Shown in pieces: positions 1 to 10,714 of a stretch of 64,000 nucleotides of DNA. Source of the stretch: an uncultured Lachnospiraceae bacterium (lineage in GTDB: Bacteria > Bacillota > Clostridia > Lachnospirales > Lachnospiraceae); NCBI GenBank assembly GCA_905196345.1, contig CAJJVD010000003.1:770-64769 (forward strand), read 5' to 3'. The notes beneath the pieces were generated by a model that was not told the origin of the DNA, did no database searches, and saw only the letters and a list, made by a program, of their open reading frames with translations. Within the stretch, counting starts at the first letter, position 1. Each line of letters begins with the position of its first letter. The position numbers were made by a program, and so were the translations under genes.

Positions 1-997
<997 letters not shown>

Positions 998-1030
998 TCA
1001 TATCATATTATGAATTTATAAATGAAAATT

Positions 1031-1076
1031 AAAAAGGATCGAGCTCTGCGAATGGAAAGAGTTTCGATCCTTTTTG
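1031..1076 (+). terminator. Rho-independent terminator after ilvC
   Basis: Stem AAAAAGGATCGA / TCGATCCTTTTT followed by T-run. Confidence 0.6.
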
Positions 1077-1104
1077 TTAGAAAAATTTTCTTGAAAATAA
1101 ATAT

Positions 1105-1141
1105 AAAAAAACATCTGCCATGACGGTAGCAGATGTTTTTT
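1105..1141 (-). terminator. Terminator for convergent rpsT (bidirectional A/T-flanked hairpin)
   Basis: AAAAAAACATCTGC-loop-GCAGATGTTTTTT. Confidence 0.6.
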
Positions 1142-1176
1142 GTGTCTGTTAAATTCTATGATAAAACCATGAAATA

Positions 1177-1440
1177 TTAAGCAATGCTGTCTACTGCTTT
1201 GGAAAGACGAGCAACTTTTCTGGAAACTGTATTTTTGTGATATACACCCTTTGTTCCAGCCTTTGTGATCTCAACGATAGCAGCTTTTAAAGCTGTCTTA
1301 GCTGTTTCAACATCTTTCGCTTCAACTGCAGCTTCAACCTTCTTTACAGCAGTTTTCACTTTAGATTTGATTGCTTTATTTCTAGCAGCCTTTGTCTCGT
1401 TTACTAAAATTCTTTTCTTAGCGGATTTAATGTTAGCCAA
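1177..1440 (-). CDS. rpsT: 30S ribosomal protein S20
   Basis: ANIKSAKKR...VYHKNTVSRKVARLSK matches S20; likely TTG start at 1440 preceded by GGAGGTG RBS (track ORF extends to the TTG at 1455). Confidence 0.85.
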   Translation of the reverse strand: MANIKSAKKRILVNETKAARNKAIKSKVKTAVKKVEAAVEAKDVETAKTALKAAIVEITKAGTKGVYHKNTVSRKVARLSKAVDSIA

Positions 1441-1616
1441 TCTGTACACCTCCAACCATTGTAATTTTCAAATGTAAATTTGTTTTGTTGGACTCGGACA
1501 CGGACGTTCCAACGAAACATACTCATTTATTTTATGCCAAGTACTTGTACTTGTCAATACATAATTCGGAAATTATTGCAAAAACTAGAAGTATTCAAAA
1601 TTTCGGAGGTAAAAAG

Positions 1617-2603
1617 ATGATTGAGAAGTATAGTGTGAGGACTGATCTTGCATTGGAAGAAAAGGAAAGGTTTGAATCAGACAATGTGGAAATTCAGGGA
1701 GTCGTTTTAGAAGAGGAATATGATGAGCAATGCGAGATGAGAATTACAAGAGTGAAAGTAGAGACTGAAAACGGTGCGAAAGTAATGGGAAAACCGGTGG
1801 GGAAATATTTGACTCTGGAGGCTCCGAATCTGGCTGTTCCGGATGAGGATTATCACAGGGAAATATCATTGAAATTGGCGGAGTATTTGAAGGAATTGAT
1901 AGGAAAAGAGATGCTGGAGCAGGAAGAGATGTCAATTTTAGTAATCGGTCTAGGGAATCGTGAAGTGACACCGGATGCGTTAGGTCCTTATGTTGCTGAA
2001 CAGGTATGCGTGACAAGACATATTGTAAAAGAATATGGAAAGTATGCAATGGGGATGGAGCGTGTAAAATCAGTAAGTGCAGTTGTACCCGGGGTTATGG
2101 GGCAGACAGGAATGGAAAGTCAGGAAATTGTGAAGGGGATTGTAAAAGAGACCGGGCCGGATCTGGTTATTGCTGTAGATGCTTTGGCAGCAAGAAACAG
2201 CCGTCGTTTAAATCGTACGATTCAGATTGCAGATACCGGTATTCATCCGGGATCGGGTGTGGGGAATCATAGAAATGGACTGACTCGGGAAACTTTAGGG
2301 ATTCCGGTGATAGCGATTGGGGTGCCAACAGTAGTTGATGCGGCAACAATTGTAAATGATACAATGGAGAATTTTATTGAGGCGTTGGAGTCTTCTAAGA
2401 TGTTGAAAGGTGTCGGTGATGTTTTGAAAACGTACAGCAATGCAGAAAAGTATGAATTGGTGAAAGAGTTGATTTCTCCACATTTGAATGGAATGTTTGT
2501 TACTCCAAAAGATGAAGATGAAATGGTAAAACAGATCAGTTATACCATTTCTGAGGCACTGAACGTTTTGCTTACGGATTCAGAACAAGGGCAAGCGGTA
2601 TAA
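1617..2603 (+). CDS. gpr: Germination protease (spore endopeptidase GPR)
   Basis: Full-length similarity to GPR; ATG at 1617 after the AGGTAAAAAG RBS region; gpr-spoIIP synteny as in Bacillus. Confidence 0.85.
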   Translation: MIEKYSVRTDLALEEKERFESDNVEIQGVVLEEEYDEQCEMRITRVKVETENGAKVMGKPVGKYLTLEAPNLAVPDEDYHREISLKLAEYLKELIGKEMLEQEEMSILVIGLGNREVTPDALGPYVAEQVCVTRHIVKEYGKYAMGMERVKSVSAVVPGVMGQTGMESQEIVKGIVKETGPDLVIAVDALAARNSRRLNRTIQIADTGIHPGSGVGNHRNGLTRETLGIPVIAIGVPTVVDAATIVNDTMENFIEALESSKMLKGVGDVLKTYSNAEKYELVKELISPHLNGMFVTPKDEDEMVKQISYTISEALNVLLTDSEQGQAV

Positions 2604-2641
2604 TCATAAGAAAAACTGCATATAAAGAAGGAAAAGGAGGA

Positions 2642-3844
2642 ATGAAAATGCGGAAATGGAAAATAAATCGAGAAAGTATGGCAGGTGGTATAGCTGCCAT
2701 CTTTCTCATTGTTGCAGGTACATATTTCTTTTTTGGAAATGGCAGTTTGTGGGGAGCTGGATGGAAATATTCCATTCAGCATCAACTGGTACAACGGGTG
2801 GAAAAAGTTTATTTTCCAGGATTGCTGTATGTGTTTCAAGGGCCTAAAAAGACGGCAGGAGAATGGCTGAAAGAACAGGCAATGACATGGATTCCGATAG
2901 TGGGTTATGTGGATTCAAAGAAAGTGTATGAGGGGTATGTAGAAGATGAAGAAACAATTGCCAAAATTCTTGCAAGTCAGGCGGAAGATGGACATATGTT
3001 GGATGAAAATGGAAAGCCCAAAGGCGAGATTCCACCGGTTGAAAATGTTGTGCCGCAGACAGGAACTCCAACATTGGATATGTCAATTGAGCGACTAAGG
3101 GATTTTGATTATCTGCTCGGCAATTTTTACATTGTGGACAGCAGTACGATGATTGGTCCGGAGCAGCTAAATCCCGATGATTTATTGAATCGAAATATGA
3201 AAATAAATGTAGAGAGCAAGGGACCGAAAATTTTAATTTTTCATACGCATTCTCAGGAGGAATTTGTGGATTCTACACCAGGCGATCCTTCTACCAGCAT
3301 TGTAGGAGTGGGGGAATATTTGACACAATTACTGAATGCGAAAGGAATTGAAACCATACATGATACGGGGGTTTATGATATTATCAATGGGCAGTTGGAT
3401 CGGAGTAGCGCTTATGAAAATGCAGAAGCATCTATAAGACCGATTTTGGAAGCAAATCCTACCATAGAAGTTGTGATCGATCTGCATCGGGATGGAGTGG
3501 CTGAAGAAACCCATTTGGTAACGGATATCGGGGGAAAACCCACAGCGAAGATTATGTATTTTAATGGTCTGAGCCGTACACGGGTGAATGGAGATATCGA
3601 TTATTTGTATAATCCCTATATACAGGACAATCTAGCGTTCTCTCTGCAGATGCAGATTGCATCAGAAACCTTGTATCCTGGATTTGTCCGGCCGATTTAT
3701 TTGCGTGGATATCGATATAATTTGCACTTGATGCCAAAATCACTTTTGATCGAGGCGGGTGCACAAACCAATACAGTGGGAGAAATGAAAAATGCGATGG
3801 AGGTATTGGCGGAAACATTATATCATGTATTAATTGGGGATTGA
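2642..3844 (+). CDS. spoIIP: Stage II sporulation protein P (SpoIIP cell-wall hydrolase)
   Basis: N-terminal TM segment, conserved HTHSQEEF amidase-like motif, position directly after gpr. Confidence 0.8.
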   Translation: MKMRKWKINRESMAGGIAAIFLIVAGTYFFFGNGSLWGAGWKYSIQHQLVQRVEKVYFPGLLYVFQGPKKTAGEWLKEQAMTWIPIVGYVDSKKVYEGYVEDEETIAKILASQAEDGHMLDENGKPKGEIPPVENVVPQTGTPTLDMSIERLRDFDYLLGNFYIVDSSTMIGPEQLNPDDLLNRNMKINVESKGPKILIFHTHSQEEFVDSTPGDPSTSIVGVGEYLTQLLNAKGIETIHDTGVYDIINGQLDRSSAYENAEASIRPILEANPTIEVVIDLHRDGVAEETHLVTDIGGKPTAKIMYFNGLSRTRVNGDIDYLYNPYIQDNLAFSLQMQIASETLYPGFVRPIYLRGYRYNLHLMPKSLLIEAGAQTNTVGEMKNAMEVLAETLYHVLIGD

Positions 3845-3979
3845 AAAGAGAAATGGTTGTATGATAAGATAAATAAATGATACAGAAAACGGGCAAGGTT
3901 GAGAGATTCGTCTTTCAGCCTTGAATTTATGGGATGGCAGAGATGAATTTCTGCAAAGAAACCCAGCAGGAGGCAGTTT

Positions 3980-5902
3980 ATGGCAAGTAAAAATACATAC
4001 GATGCGGACAGTATTTCCGTATTAGAAGGACTGGAAGCAGTCAGGAAACGTCCGGGAATGTATATCGGAAGTGTGTCTACAAAGGGATTGAATCATTTGA
4101 TTTATGAGATTGTGGACAACTCTGTGGATGAGCATCTGGCAGGATTTTGTTCAGAAATTCATGTAACACTGGAAAAGGATGGATCTGCTACAGTGGAGGA
4201 TAATGGACGTGGTGTTCCGGTAGGGATGCACCAGAAGGGAATATCAGCAGCCCGTCTTGTATATACAACATTGCATGCGGGAGGAAAGTTTGATGACTCT
4301 GCATATAAGACAAGTGGAGGTCTGCATGGAGTGGGTTCGTCAGTAGTCAATGCGCTTTCCACTTATATGGAAGTGTGGATCAGCAGAGAAGGGGCGATTC
4401 ATCATGATCGTTATGAAAGAGGAATTCCAACAATTGAATTGGAAAATGGATTACTCCCAATTGTTGGAAAGACAAGAAAGACCGGAACAAAGGTGAATTT
4501 TTTGCCGGATGACACGATTTTTGAAAAAACTAGATTTCGTGTAGAAGAGATTAAAAGCCGCATGCATGAGACTGCATATTTGAATCCATCTCTGATAATT
4601 GTGTTTGAAGATAAGCGAATGGATGAGCCAGAAGTGGTTACCTATCATGAGCCGGATGGAATACTCGGGTTTATCAGAGACCTAAACCAGAAAAAAGAAA
4701 CACTGCACGAGCCGATTTATTTCAAAGGTGAATCGGATGGGATTGAAGTGGAAGTGGCGCTGCAGTATGTCAATGAATTTCATGAAAATGTGTTGGGATT
4801 TTGTAATAATATTTATAATTCTGAGGGTGGAACACATTTAACCGGTTTTAAGACAACCTTTACAACTGTTATGAATCAATATGCTAGAGAGCTGGGGATT
4901 CTAAAAGAAAAAGATGCCAACTTTACCGGGGCGGATATCCGAAATGGAATGACAGCAATCGTGTCTATTAAGCATCCGGATCCGAGATTCGAAGGACAGA
5001 CAAAGACAAAATTGGATAATCCAGATGCGGCAAAAGCAACTGGAAAGGTAACGGGAGATGAAATCGTACTCTTTTTTGACCGAAATCTGGAAACGTTAAA
5101 GAGTGTCTTGTCCAGTGCCGAGAAAGCAGCCAAGATTCGTAAGACTGAGGAAAAAGCAAAGACGAATCTTTTGACAAAGCAAAAATATTCTTTTGACAGC
5201 AATGGGAAACTGGCAAATTGTGAAAGTAGAGATCCGAAGAAGTGTGAGATTTTTATTGTGGAAGGAGATTCTGCGGGAGGTTCTGCAAAGACAGCACGTG
5301 ACCGGAACTATCAGGCAATCCTTCCAATCCGTGGTAAGATTTTGAATGTGGAAAAGGCAAGTATAGATAAGGTGCTTGCAAATGCAGAAATTAAGACAAT
5401 GATCAATGCATTTGGCTGTGGATTTTCCGAAGGATATGGCAATGACTTTGATATTACAAAGCTGCGATATGACAAAATCATCATTATGGCAGATGCGGAT
5501 GTCGATGGAGCTCATATTTCTACACTGTTATTGACACTGTTCTATCGTTTTATGCCGGAATTGATTTATGAAGGACATGTATATATTGCAATGCCGCCGC
5601 TTTATAAAGCGATGCCGAAAAAGGGAGAGGAAGAATATTTATACGATGATGCTGCATTGGAACGGTATAGAAAGACACATGACGGTGCGTTTACACTCCA
5701 ACGATATAAAGGTCTTGGAGAGATGGATGCACAGCAGCTGTGGGAGACTACGTTGGATCCGGAGCATCGGCTGTTAAAACTTGTAGAGATTGAAGATGCG
5801 CGAATGGCATCCAGTGTGACCGAGATGCTGATGGGAACGGAAGTGCCGCCTAGACGTGCATTTATTTATGAAAATGCCACAGAAGCAGAACTGGACGTAT
5901 AA
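3980..5902 (+). CDS. parE: Type IIA topoisomerase ATPase subunit B (GyrB/ParE family; probably topoisomerase IV ParE)
   Basis: GHKL ATPase + TOPRIM motifs (EGDSAGG, PLRGKILNVEKA, DADVDGAHI); not in an origin (dnaA-gyrB) context. Confidence 0.7.
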   Translation: MASKNTYDADSISVLEGLEAVRKRPGMYIGSVSTKGLNHLIYEIVDNSVDEHLAGFCSEIHVTLEKDGSATVEDNGRGVPVGMHQKGISAARLVYTTLHAGGKFDDSAYKTSGGLHGVGSSVVNALSTYMEVWISREGAIHHDRYERGIPTIELENGLLPIVGKTRKTGTKVNFLPDDTIFEKTRFRVEEIKSRMHETAYLNPSLIIVFEDKRMDEPEVVTYHEPDGILGFIRDLNQKKETLHEPIYFKGESDGIEVEVALQYVNEFHENVLGFCNNIYNSEGGTHLTGFKTTFTTVMNQYARELGILKEKDANFTGADIRNGMTAIVSIKHPDPRFEGQTKTKLDNPDAAKATGKVTGDEIVLFFDRNLETLKSVLSSAEKAAKIRKTEEKAKTNLLTKQKYSFDSNGKLANCESRDPKKCEIFIVEGDSAGGSAKTARDRNYQAILPIRGKILNVEKASIDKVLANAEIKTMINAFGCGFSEGYGNDFDITKLRYDKIIIMADADVDGAHISTLLLTLFYRFMPELIYEGHVYIAMPPLYKAMPKKGEEEYLYDDAALERYRKTHDGAFTLQRYKGLGEMDAQQLWETTLDPEHRLLKLVEIEDARMASSVTEMLMGTEVPPRRAFIYENATEAELDV

Positions 5903-5907
5903 GGAGA

Positions 5908-8160
5908 ATGAGAATGAGTGACAAGGAATCACAGATTATCCGAACAGAATATTCGGATCTGATGAAGAAATCATATATAGATTATGCGATGAGCGTCATT
6001 ATAGCCAGAGCGCTTCCGGATGTGCGTGATGGTTTGAAACCAGTACAGCGAAGAACGCTGTATGATATGCATGAACTGGGAATTCGTTATGACAAGCCGT
6101 ATCGAAAATGTGCGCGTATTGTCGGAGATACCATGGGAAAATACCATCCGCATGGAGACAGTTCAATTTATGAATCACTGGTAGTAATGGCTCAGGACTT
6201 TAAAAAGGGGATGGTTCTGGTAGACGGACATGGAAATTTTGGTTCCATTGAAGGCGACGGAGCCGCTGCTATGCGTTATACAGAAGCTCGTTTGGCGAAA
6301 TTTACGCAGGAGGCATATTTATCGGATTTGGATAAGAATGTTGTAGATTTCGGTCCGAACTTTGATGAGACAGAAAAAGAACCTGTTGTTCTTCCAGCTA
6401 GAGTTCCAAATTTACTTGTAAATGGGGCGGAAGGAATTGCAGTTGGTATGGCAACTAGTATTCCAACGCATAATCTGGCAGAAGTAATTGACGCAGTCAA
6501 GGCATATATGAAAAACAATGAAATCAGTACTGAGCAGTTGATGAAATATGTAAAAGGTCCGGATTTCCCGACCGGAGGAATTGTGGTTAATAAGGATGAT
6601 CTGCTTGATATTTATAAAACCGGACAGGGAAAAATCAAGATCCGGGGAAAAGTAGAAGTCGAAGAATTAAAAGGCGGCAAGAAACAGCTTGTAATTTCTG
6701 AAATTCCATACACTATGATTGGAAGTGGCATCGGTAAATTTTTAAATGACGTAGCGAATCTGGTGGAAACGAAGAAAACTACAGATATTGTGGACATTTC
6801 TAATCAATCTTCCAAAGAAGGCATTCGCATCGTGTTGGAGTTGAAACGTGGGGCAGATGCAGAAAATCTGAAAAATATGCTTTATAAAAAGACTCGGCTG
6901 GAAGATACATTTGGTGTCAATATGCTGGCAGTTGCAAATGGAAGACCAGAAACATTAGGGTTAAAAGCAATTATAGAACATCATGTGGATTTTCAGTTTG
7001 AACTGTCTACCCGCAAATATAAAACATTGCTTGCAAAAGAACTGGAACGTAAAGAAGTGCAGGAAGGTTTGATCAAGGCTTGTGATGTGATTGATTTGAT
7101 TATTGAAATTCTGCGGGGGAGTAAATCAGTCAAAGATGCCCGCGCCTGTTTAGTGCATGGTGTAACAGAGAACATTAAGTTTAAGAGTAATATTTCCAAG
7201 AAAATGGCAGCAATGCTTCGGTTTACGGAACGTCAGGCAACCGCGATTCTGGAGATGCGTCTGTATAAGCTGATTGGATTGGAAATTGAAGCACTTCAGA
7301 AAGAACATGAAGAGACATTGAAGAAGATTGCCAGATATGAGGATATCTTGAGTCATTATGATTCTATGGCAAATGTCATCATGGAGGAATTGGATGCATT
7401 TAAGAAAGAATACGGAAGAAAACGCCGTACAGTGGTAGAAAATGCAGAAGAAGCAGTCTATGAAGAGAAAAAAATTGAAGAACAGGAAGTTGTTTTCCTG
7501 ATGGATCGTTTTGGATACGCAAAAACAGTAGATATCTCTGTCTATGAACGAAACAGAGAGGCTGCGGATAAAGAAAACAAGTATATTGTACAGTGTTTGA
7601 ATACTGGAAGGATTTGTATTTTTACAGATACCGGAAAGATGCATCAGGTGAAGGTACTAGATCTTCCATATGGGAAATTCAGGGATAAGGGAACGCCAAT
7701 CGATAATGTGAGTAATTATACCAGTGCAGAGGAAAGAATTGTGATGGTATGTGATGCAGAGCAGATGCGATTCGCAAAATTATTGTTTACAACGAAACTG
7801 GGAATGATCAAACGTGTGGAAGGAACAGAATTTCAGGTGACAAAACGTACGATTGCAGCAACGAAACTTCAGGAAGAGGATGAAGTGGTGAGTGTACAGG
7901 TGATCAATGAGAATCAGCAGGTTGTACTTCAGACCAAAGAAGGATTTTTCCTGAGATTCCCGGCAGAAGAAGTGCCGGAGAAAAAGAAAGGCGCAATTGG
8001 TGTGCGTGGAATCCGTCTGAAGAAAACAGATGAAGTTGAACATGCTTATCTGTTTGAAGAAGGAACAGAGTGTAAGGTTACCTATAAAGAAAAAGAAGTC
8101 AGTCTGAATCGGCTGAAGGCAGCAAAAAGAGATGGAACCGGAACAAAAACACGAGGATGA
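5908..8160 (+). CDS. parC: Type IIA topoisomerase subunit A (GyrA/ParC family; probably ParC)
   Basis: Catalytic region AMRYTEARL; 750 aa with a short C-terminal domain and no recognisable GyrA-box (QRRGGKG); alternative ATG at 5914. Confidence 0.7.
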   Translation: MRMSDKESQIIRTEYSDLMKKSYIDYAMSVIIARALPDVRDGLKPVQRRTLYDMHELGIRYDKPYRKCARIVGDTMGKYHPHGDSSIYESLVVMAQDFKKGMVLVDGHGNFGSIEGDGAAAMRYTEARLAKFTQEAYLSDLDKNVVDFGPNFDETEKEPVVLPARVPNLLVNGAEGIAVGMATSIPTHNLAEVIDAVKAYMKNNEISTEQLMKYVKGPDFPTGGIVVNKDDLLDIYKTGQGKIKIRGKVEVEELKGGKKQLVISEIPYTMIGSGIGKFLNDVANLVETKKTTDIVDISNQSSKEGIRIVLELKRGADAENLKNMLYKKTRLEDTFGVNMLAVANGRPETLGLKAIIEHHVDFQFELSTRKYKTLLAKELERKEVQEGLIKACDVIDLIIEILRGSKSVKDARACLVHGVTENIKFKSNISKKMAAMLRFTERQATAILEMRLYKLIGLEIEALQKEHEETLKKIARYEDILSHYDSMANVIMEELDAFKKEYGRKRRTVVENAEEAVYEEKKIEEQEVVFLMDRFGYAKTVDISVYERNREAADKENKYIVQCLNTGRICIFTDTGKMHQVKVLDLPYGKFRDKGTPIDNVSNYTSAEERIVMVCDAEQMRFAKLLFTTKLGMIKRVEGTEFQVTKRTIAATKLQEEDEVVSVQVINENQQVVLQTKEGFFLRFPAEEVPEKKKGAIGVRGIRLKKTDEVEHAYLFEEGTECKVTYKEKEVSLNRLKAAKRDGTGTKTRG

Positions 8161-8186
8161 TGAAAATTTGTATGCATTTGTGCGTA

Positions 8187-8231
8187 TTTTCTGGAAATTC
8201 CCTTGCATTTCCAGAAAATAGGTGCTATACT
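8187..8231 (+). promoter_or_regulatory. Sigma-A type promoter (TTGCAT-17-TATACT) for the rimP-nusA-infB operon, embedded in a perfect 12-bp-arm palindrome
   Basis: TTTTCTGGAAAT-N8-ATTTCCAGAAAA at 8187-8218 overlaps the -35; -10 TATACT at 8226-8231. Confidence 0.45.
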
Positions 8232-8256
8232 ACGTAATAGTTACATAAGGAATCCG

Positions 8257-8292
8257 GCAGAAGAGTGAACGAAAGTTCACTCTTCTTTGTTG
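8257..8292 (+). terminator. Leader hairpin plus U-tract (putative attenuator of the nusA operon leader)
   Basis: AGAAGAGTGAAC-GAAA-GTTCACTCTTCT followed by TTGTTG, about 25 nt downstream of the predicted -10. Confidence 0.45.
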
Positions 8293-8361
8293 ATATAGAG
8301 ATTTTCTTTATTGGATTTCTTTGCGGTCACAACAATACAGGTAACGGAAAGGAAGTATATC

Positions 8362-8829
8362 GTGTCGAAAAAAGAACAGTATGAACAACAGACTGAGAAC
8401 TTATTGGAGCCAATTGTCACAGGTTTTGGTTTTGAACTGGTGGATGTGGAATATGTAAAGGAAGCAGGTACTTGGTATTTGCGGGCATATATTGATAAGC
8501 CGGGTGGAATTACAGTGGATGATTGTGAGGCAGTCAGCCGTAAGTTTTCTGATATTTTGGATGAAAAAGATTATATTGAGGATACTTATATTTTTGAAGT
8601 GAGCTCACCGGGGTTGGGAAGACCATTGAAGAAAGACAAGGATTTTCAAAGAAACCTGGGAGAAGAGGTGGAAGTTCGTACGTATCGTGCGATTGAAAAA
8701 CAAAAGGAGTTTACTGGAGTGTTGCAAGCGTTTGATAAGGATTCTGTGACGATTATTTATGAAGATGATACGACACAGACATTTTTACGAAGTGAGATCG
8801 CATTGATTCGATTGGCATTGGATTTTTGA
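8362..8829 (+). CDS. rimP: Ribosome maturation factor RimP
   Basis: RimP family similarity and position upstream of nusA; likely GTG start at 8362 after an AAAGGAAG RBS (track ORF starts at 8311). Confidence 0.75.
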   Translation: MSKKEQYEQQTENLLEPIVTGFGFELVDVEYVKEAGTWYLRAYIDKPGGITVDDCEAVSRKFSDILDEKDYIEDTYIFEVSSPGLGRPLKKDKDFQRNLGEEVEVRTYRAIEKQKEFTGVLQAFDKDSVTIIYEDDTTQTFLRSEIALIRLALDF

Positions 8830-8894
8830 TTATCTTAGATTTTATTTAGAATCAAACAGAACATTTTTATTAAAAGTAGTAGGAGGAAATAATA

Positions 8895-10079
8895 ATGAAC
8901 ACAGAGTTATTAGAAGCATTGACAATTCTGGAAAAAGAGAAAAATATCAGTAAGGATACGATGATGGATGCAATCGAGAATTCTCTGATCAGCGCGTGTA
9001 AAAATCATTTCGGAACTTCTGATAATATTAAAGTAATCATGGACAGAGAGACTTGTGATTATTCAGTTTTTGCAGAGAAAGAAGTTGTAGAGGAAGTGAT
9101 GGATCCAGCACTGGAAATTAGTCTGGAGGATGCGGAAAAATTGGACTCTTCCCTGCATCTTGGAGATATTGCACAGATTCCGGTAGAATCTAAATCTTTT
9201 GGGCGTATTGCAACACAGAATGCGAAAAACTTAATTCTTCAAAAAATTCGTGAAGAAGAAAGAAAAGTGGTATTCGATCAGTATTTTGAAAAAGAGAAAG
9301 ACATTGTAACAGGTATTGTACAGCGTTATGTTGGTAAGAACATCAGTATTAATCTTGGAAGAGCGGATGCTATGCTGACTGAGAATGAACAGGTGAAAGG
9401 GGAGCATTTTAATCCGACAGACCGTATTAAATTGTATATTGTTGAAGTGAAAAATACACCAAAGGGACCAAAGATTCTTGTATCTCGTACCCATCCGGAA
9501 CTTGTGAAACGTCTGTTTGAGGCAGAAGTTGCAGAGGTGAAAGATGGTACTGTAGAGATTAAGAGTATTGCTCGTGAAGCAGGTTCACGTACAAAGATGG
9601 CTGTATGGTCCAATGACCCAAATGTGGATCCGGTAGGAGCGTGTGTAGGTCTGAATGGAGCACGTGTAAATGCAGTTGTGAATGAGCTGCGTGGTGAAAA
9701 GATAGATATTATCAATTGGGATGAAAATCCGGCGTTATTGATTGAAAATGCATTGAGTCCGGCAAAGGTAATCTCTGTTATGGCAGATCCGGATGAAAAG
9801 ACTGCAAGCGTGATTGTTCCTGATTATCAGCTTTCACTTGCAATTGGAAAAGAAGGACAGAATGCCAGACTTGCGGCACGTCTGACAGGGTATAAGATTG
9901 ATATCAAGAGTGAGACACAGGCAATTGAATCAGGAGAACTTCCGGCTGACTATATGGAGCAGATGGCAATGATGGATGAAGAAGGCTATGTCGGCGAATA
10001 CGAGGAAGAATATGAAGATTACGAATCTGAAGCGTATGAAGGAGAAGAAGTTCCGGAATATGAGTTTGTAGAAGAATAA
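8895..10079 (+). CDS. nusA: Transcription termination/antitermination factor NusA
   Basis: S1 + KH domains; acidic C-terminal tail; GGAGG RBS. Confidence 0.9.
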   Translation: MNTELLEALTILEKEKNISKDTMMDAIENSLISACKNHFGTSDNIKVIMDRETCDYSVFAEKEVVEEVMDPALEISLEDAEKLDSSLHLGDIAQIPVESKSFGRIATQNAKNLILQKIREEERKVVFDQYFEKEKDIVTGIVQRYVGKNISINLGRADAMLTENEQVKGEHFNPTDRIKLYIVEVKNTPKGPKILVSRTHPELVKRLFEAEVAEVKDGTVEIKSIAREAGSRTKMAVWSNDPNVDPVGACVGLNGARVNAVVNELRGEKIDIINWDENPALLIENALSPAKVISVMADPDEKTASVIVPDYQLSLAIGKEGQNARLAARLTGYKIDIKSETQAIESGELPADYMEQMAMMDEEGYVGEYEEEYEDYESEAYEGEEVPEYEFVEE

Positions 10080-10107
10080 GAACTGAAATAATCGAGAGGT
10101 GATATAG

Positions 10108-10386
10108 TTGGCAGGAACTCGAAAGATACCGCTTCGCAAATGTGTAGGCTGCGGCGAAATGAAACCTAAAAAAGAACTGATTAGGGTTCTTCGTACAGAA
10201 GATGGAGAATTCGTTCTGGATATTTCGGGCAAAAAAAACGGACGTGGAGCATATATCTGTAATTCAAAAGAATGTTTTGGTAAAGCAGTAAAAAGCAAAG
10301 GTTTGGAACGGTCATTTAAGCAGGCTATTCCAGCAGAAGTGTATGAACGTCTGGAAAAGGAGATGGATGAGATTGAAGCAAGATAA
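10108..10386 (+). CDS. ylxR: YlxR/RnpM family RNA-binding protein (DUF448)
   Basis: CVGCGEMKPKKELIRV motif; TTG start with GAGAGGTG RBS; conserved nusA-ylxR-ylxQ-infB order. Confidence 0.8.
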   Translation: MAGTRKIPLRKCVGCGEMKPKKELIRVLRTEDGEFVLDISGKKNGRGAYICNSKECFGKAVKSKGLERSFKQAIPAEVYERLEKEMDEIEAR

Positions 10387-10696
10387 AGCACTGGCTTTGA
10401 TTGGGCTAGCCACAAAGGCAGGACGGACGGTAAGTGGTGAGTTTATGACAGAACGAGAGGTGAAGTCCGGACGTGCAGCGCTGGTTGTTGTGGCCTGTGA
10501 TTCGTCGGAGAATACGAAAAAAAAATTTCGGGATATGTGTGAATATTATAAGGTTCCCATTTATTTTTATGGAGATAAAGATGCCTTAGGCCATGCAATG
10601 GGAAAGGAATTCCGCGCATCTTTAGCTGTATTGGATGAAGGGTTTGCAAAAGGAATTCAGAAACAATTCGGAATAGATAATGAGACGATTGCATAA
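10367..10696 (+). CDS. ylxQ: Ribosomal protein L7Ae-like protein YlxQ
   Basis: ALIGLATKAGRTVSGE...YYKVP matches L7Ae/YlxQ; start taken at the second ATG (MRLKQDK). Confidence 0.75.
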   Translation: MRLKQDKALALIGLATKAGRTVSGEFMTEREVKSGRAALVVVACDSSENTKKKFRDMCEYYKVPIYFYGDKDALGHAMGKEFRASLAVLDEGFAKGIQKQFGIDNETIA

Positions 10697-10714
10697 ATGG
10701 AGGTAGTAGATAAT

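Noticed and set aside
1456-1616. SigF/SigG forespore promoter upstream of gpr
   Set aside because: Expected biologically, but no convincing GCATA-17-CATANTA match was found by eye, so it is left uncalled
3980-8160. Calling these the primary gyrB/gyrA at the replication origin
   Set aside because: No dnaA/dnaN/recF context, the A subunit is short without a GyrA-box, and the pair is flanked by sporulation and translation genes; more consistent with topo IV, though not proven
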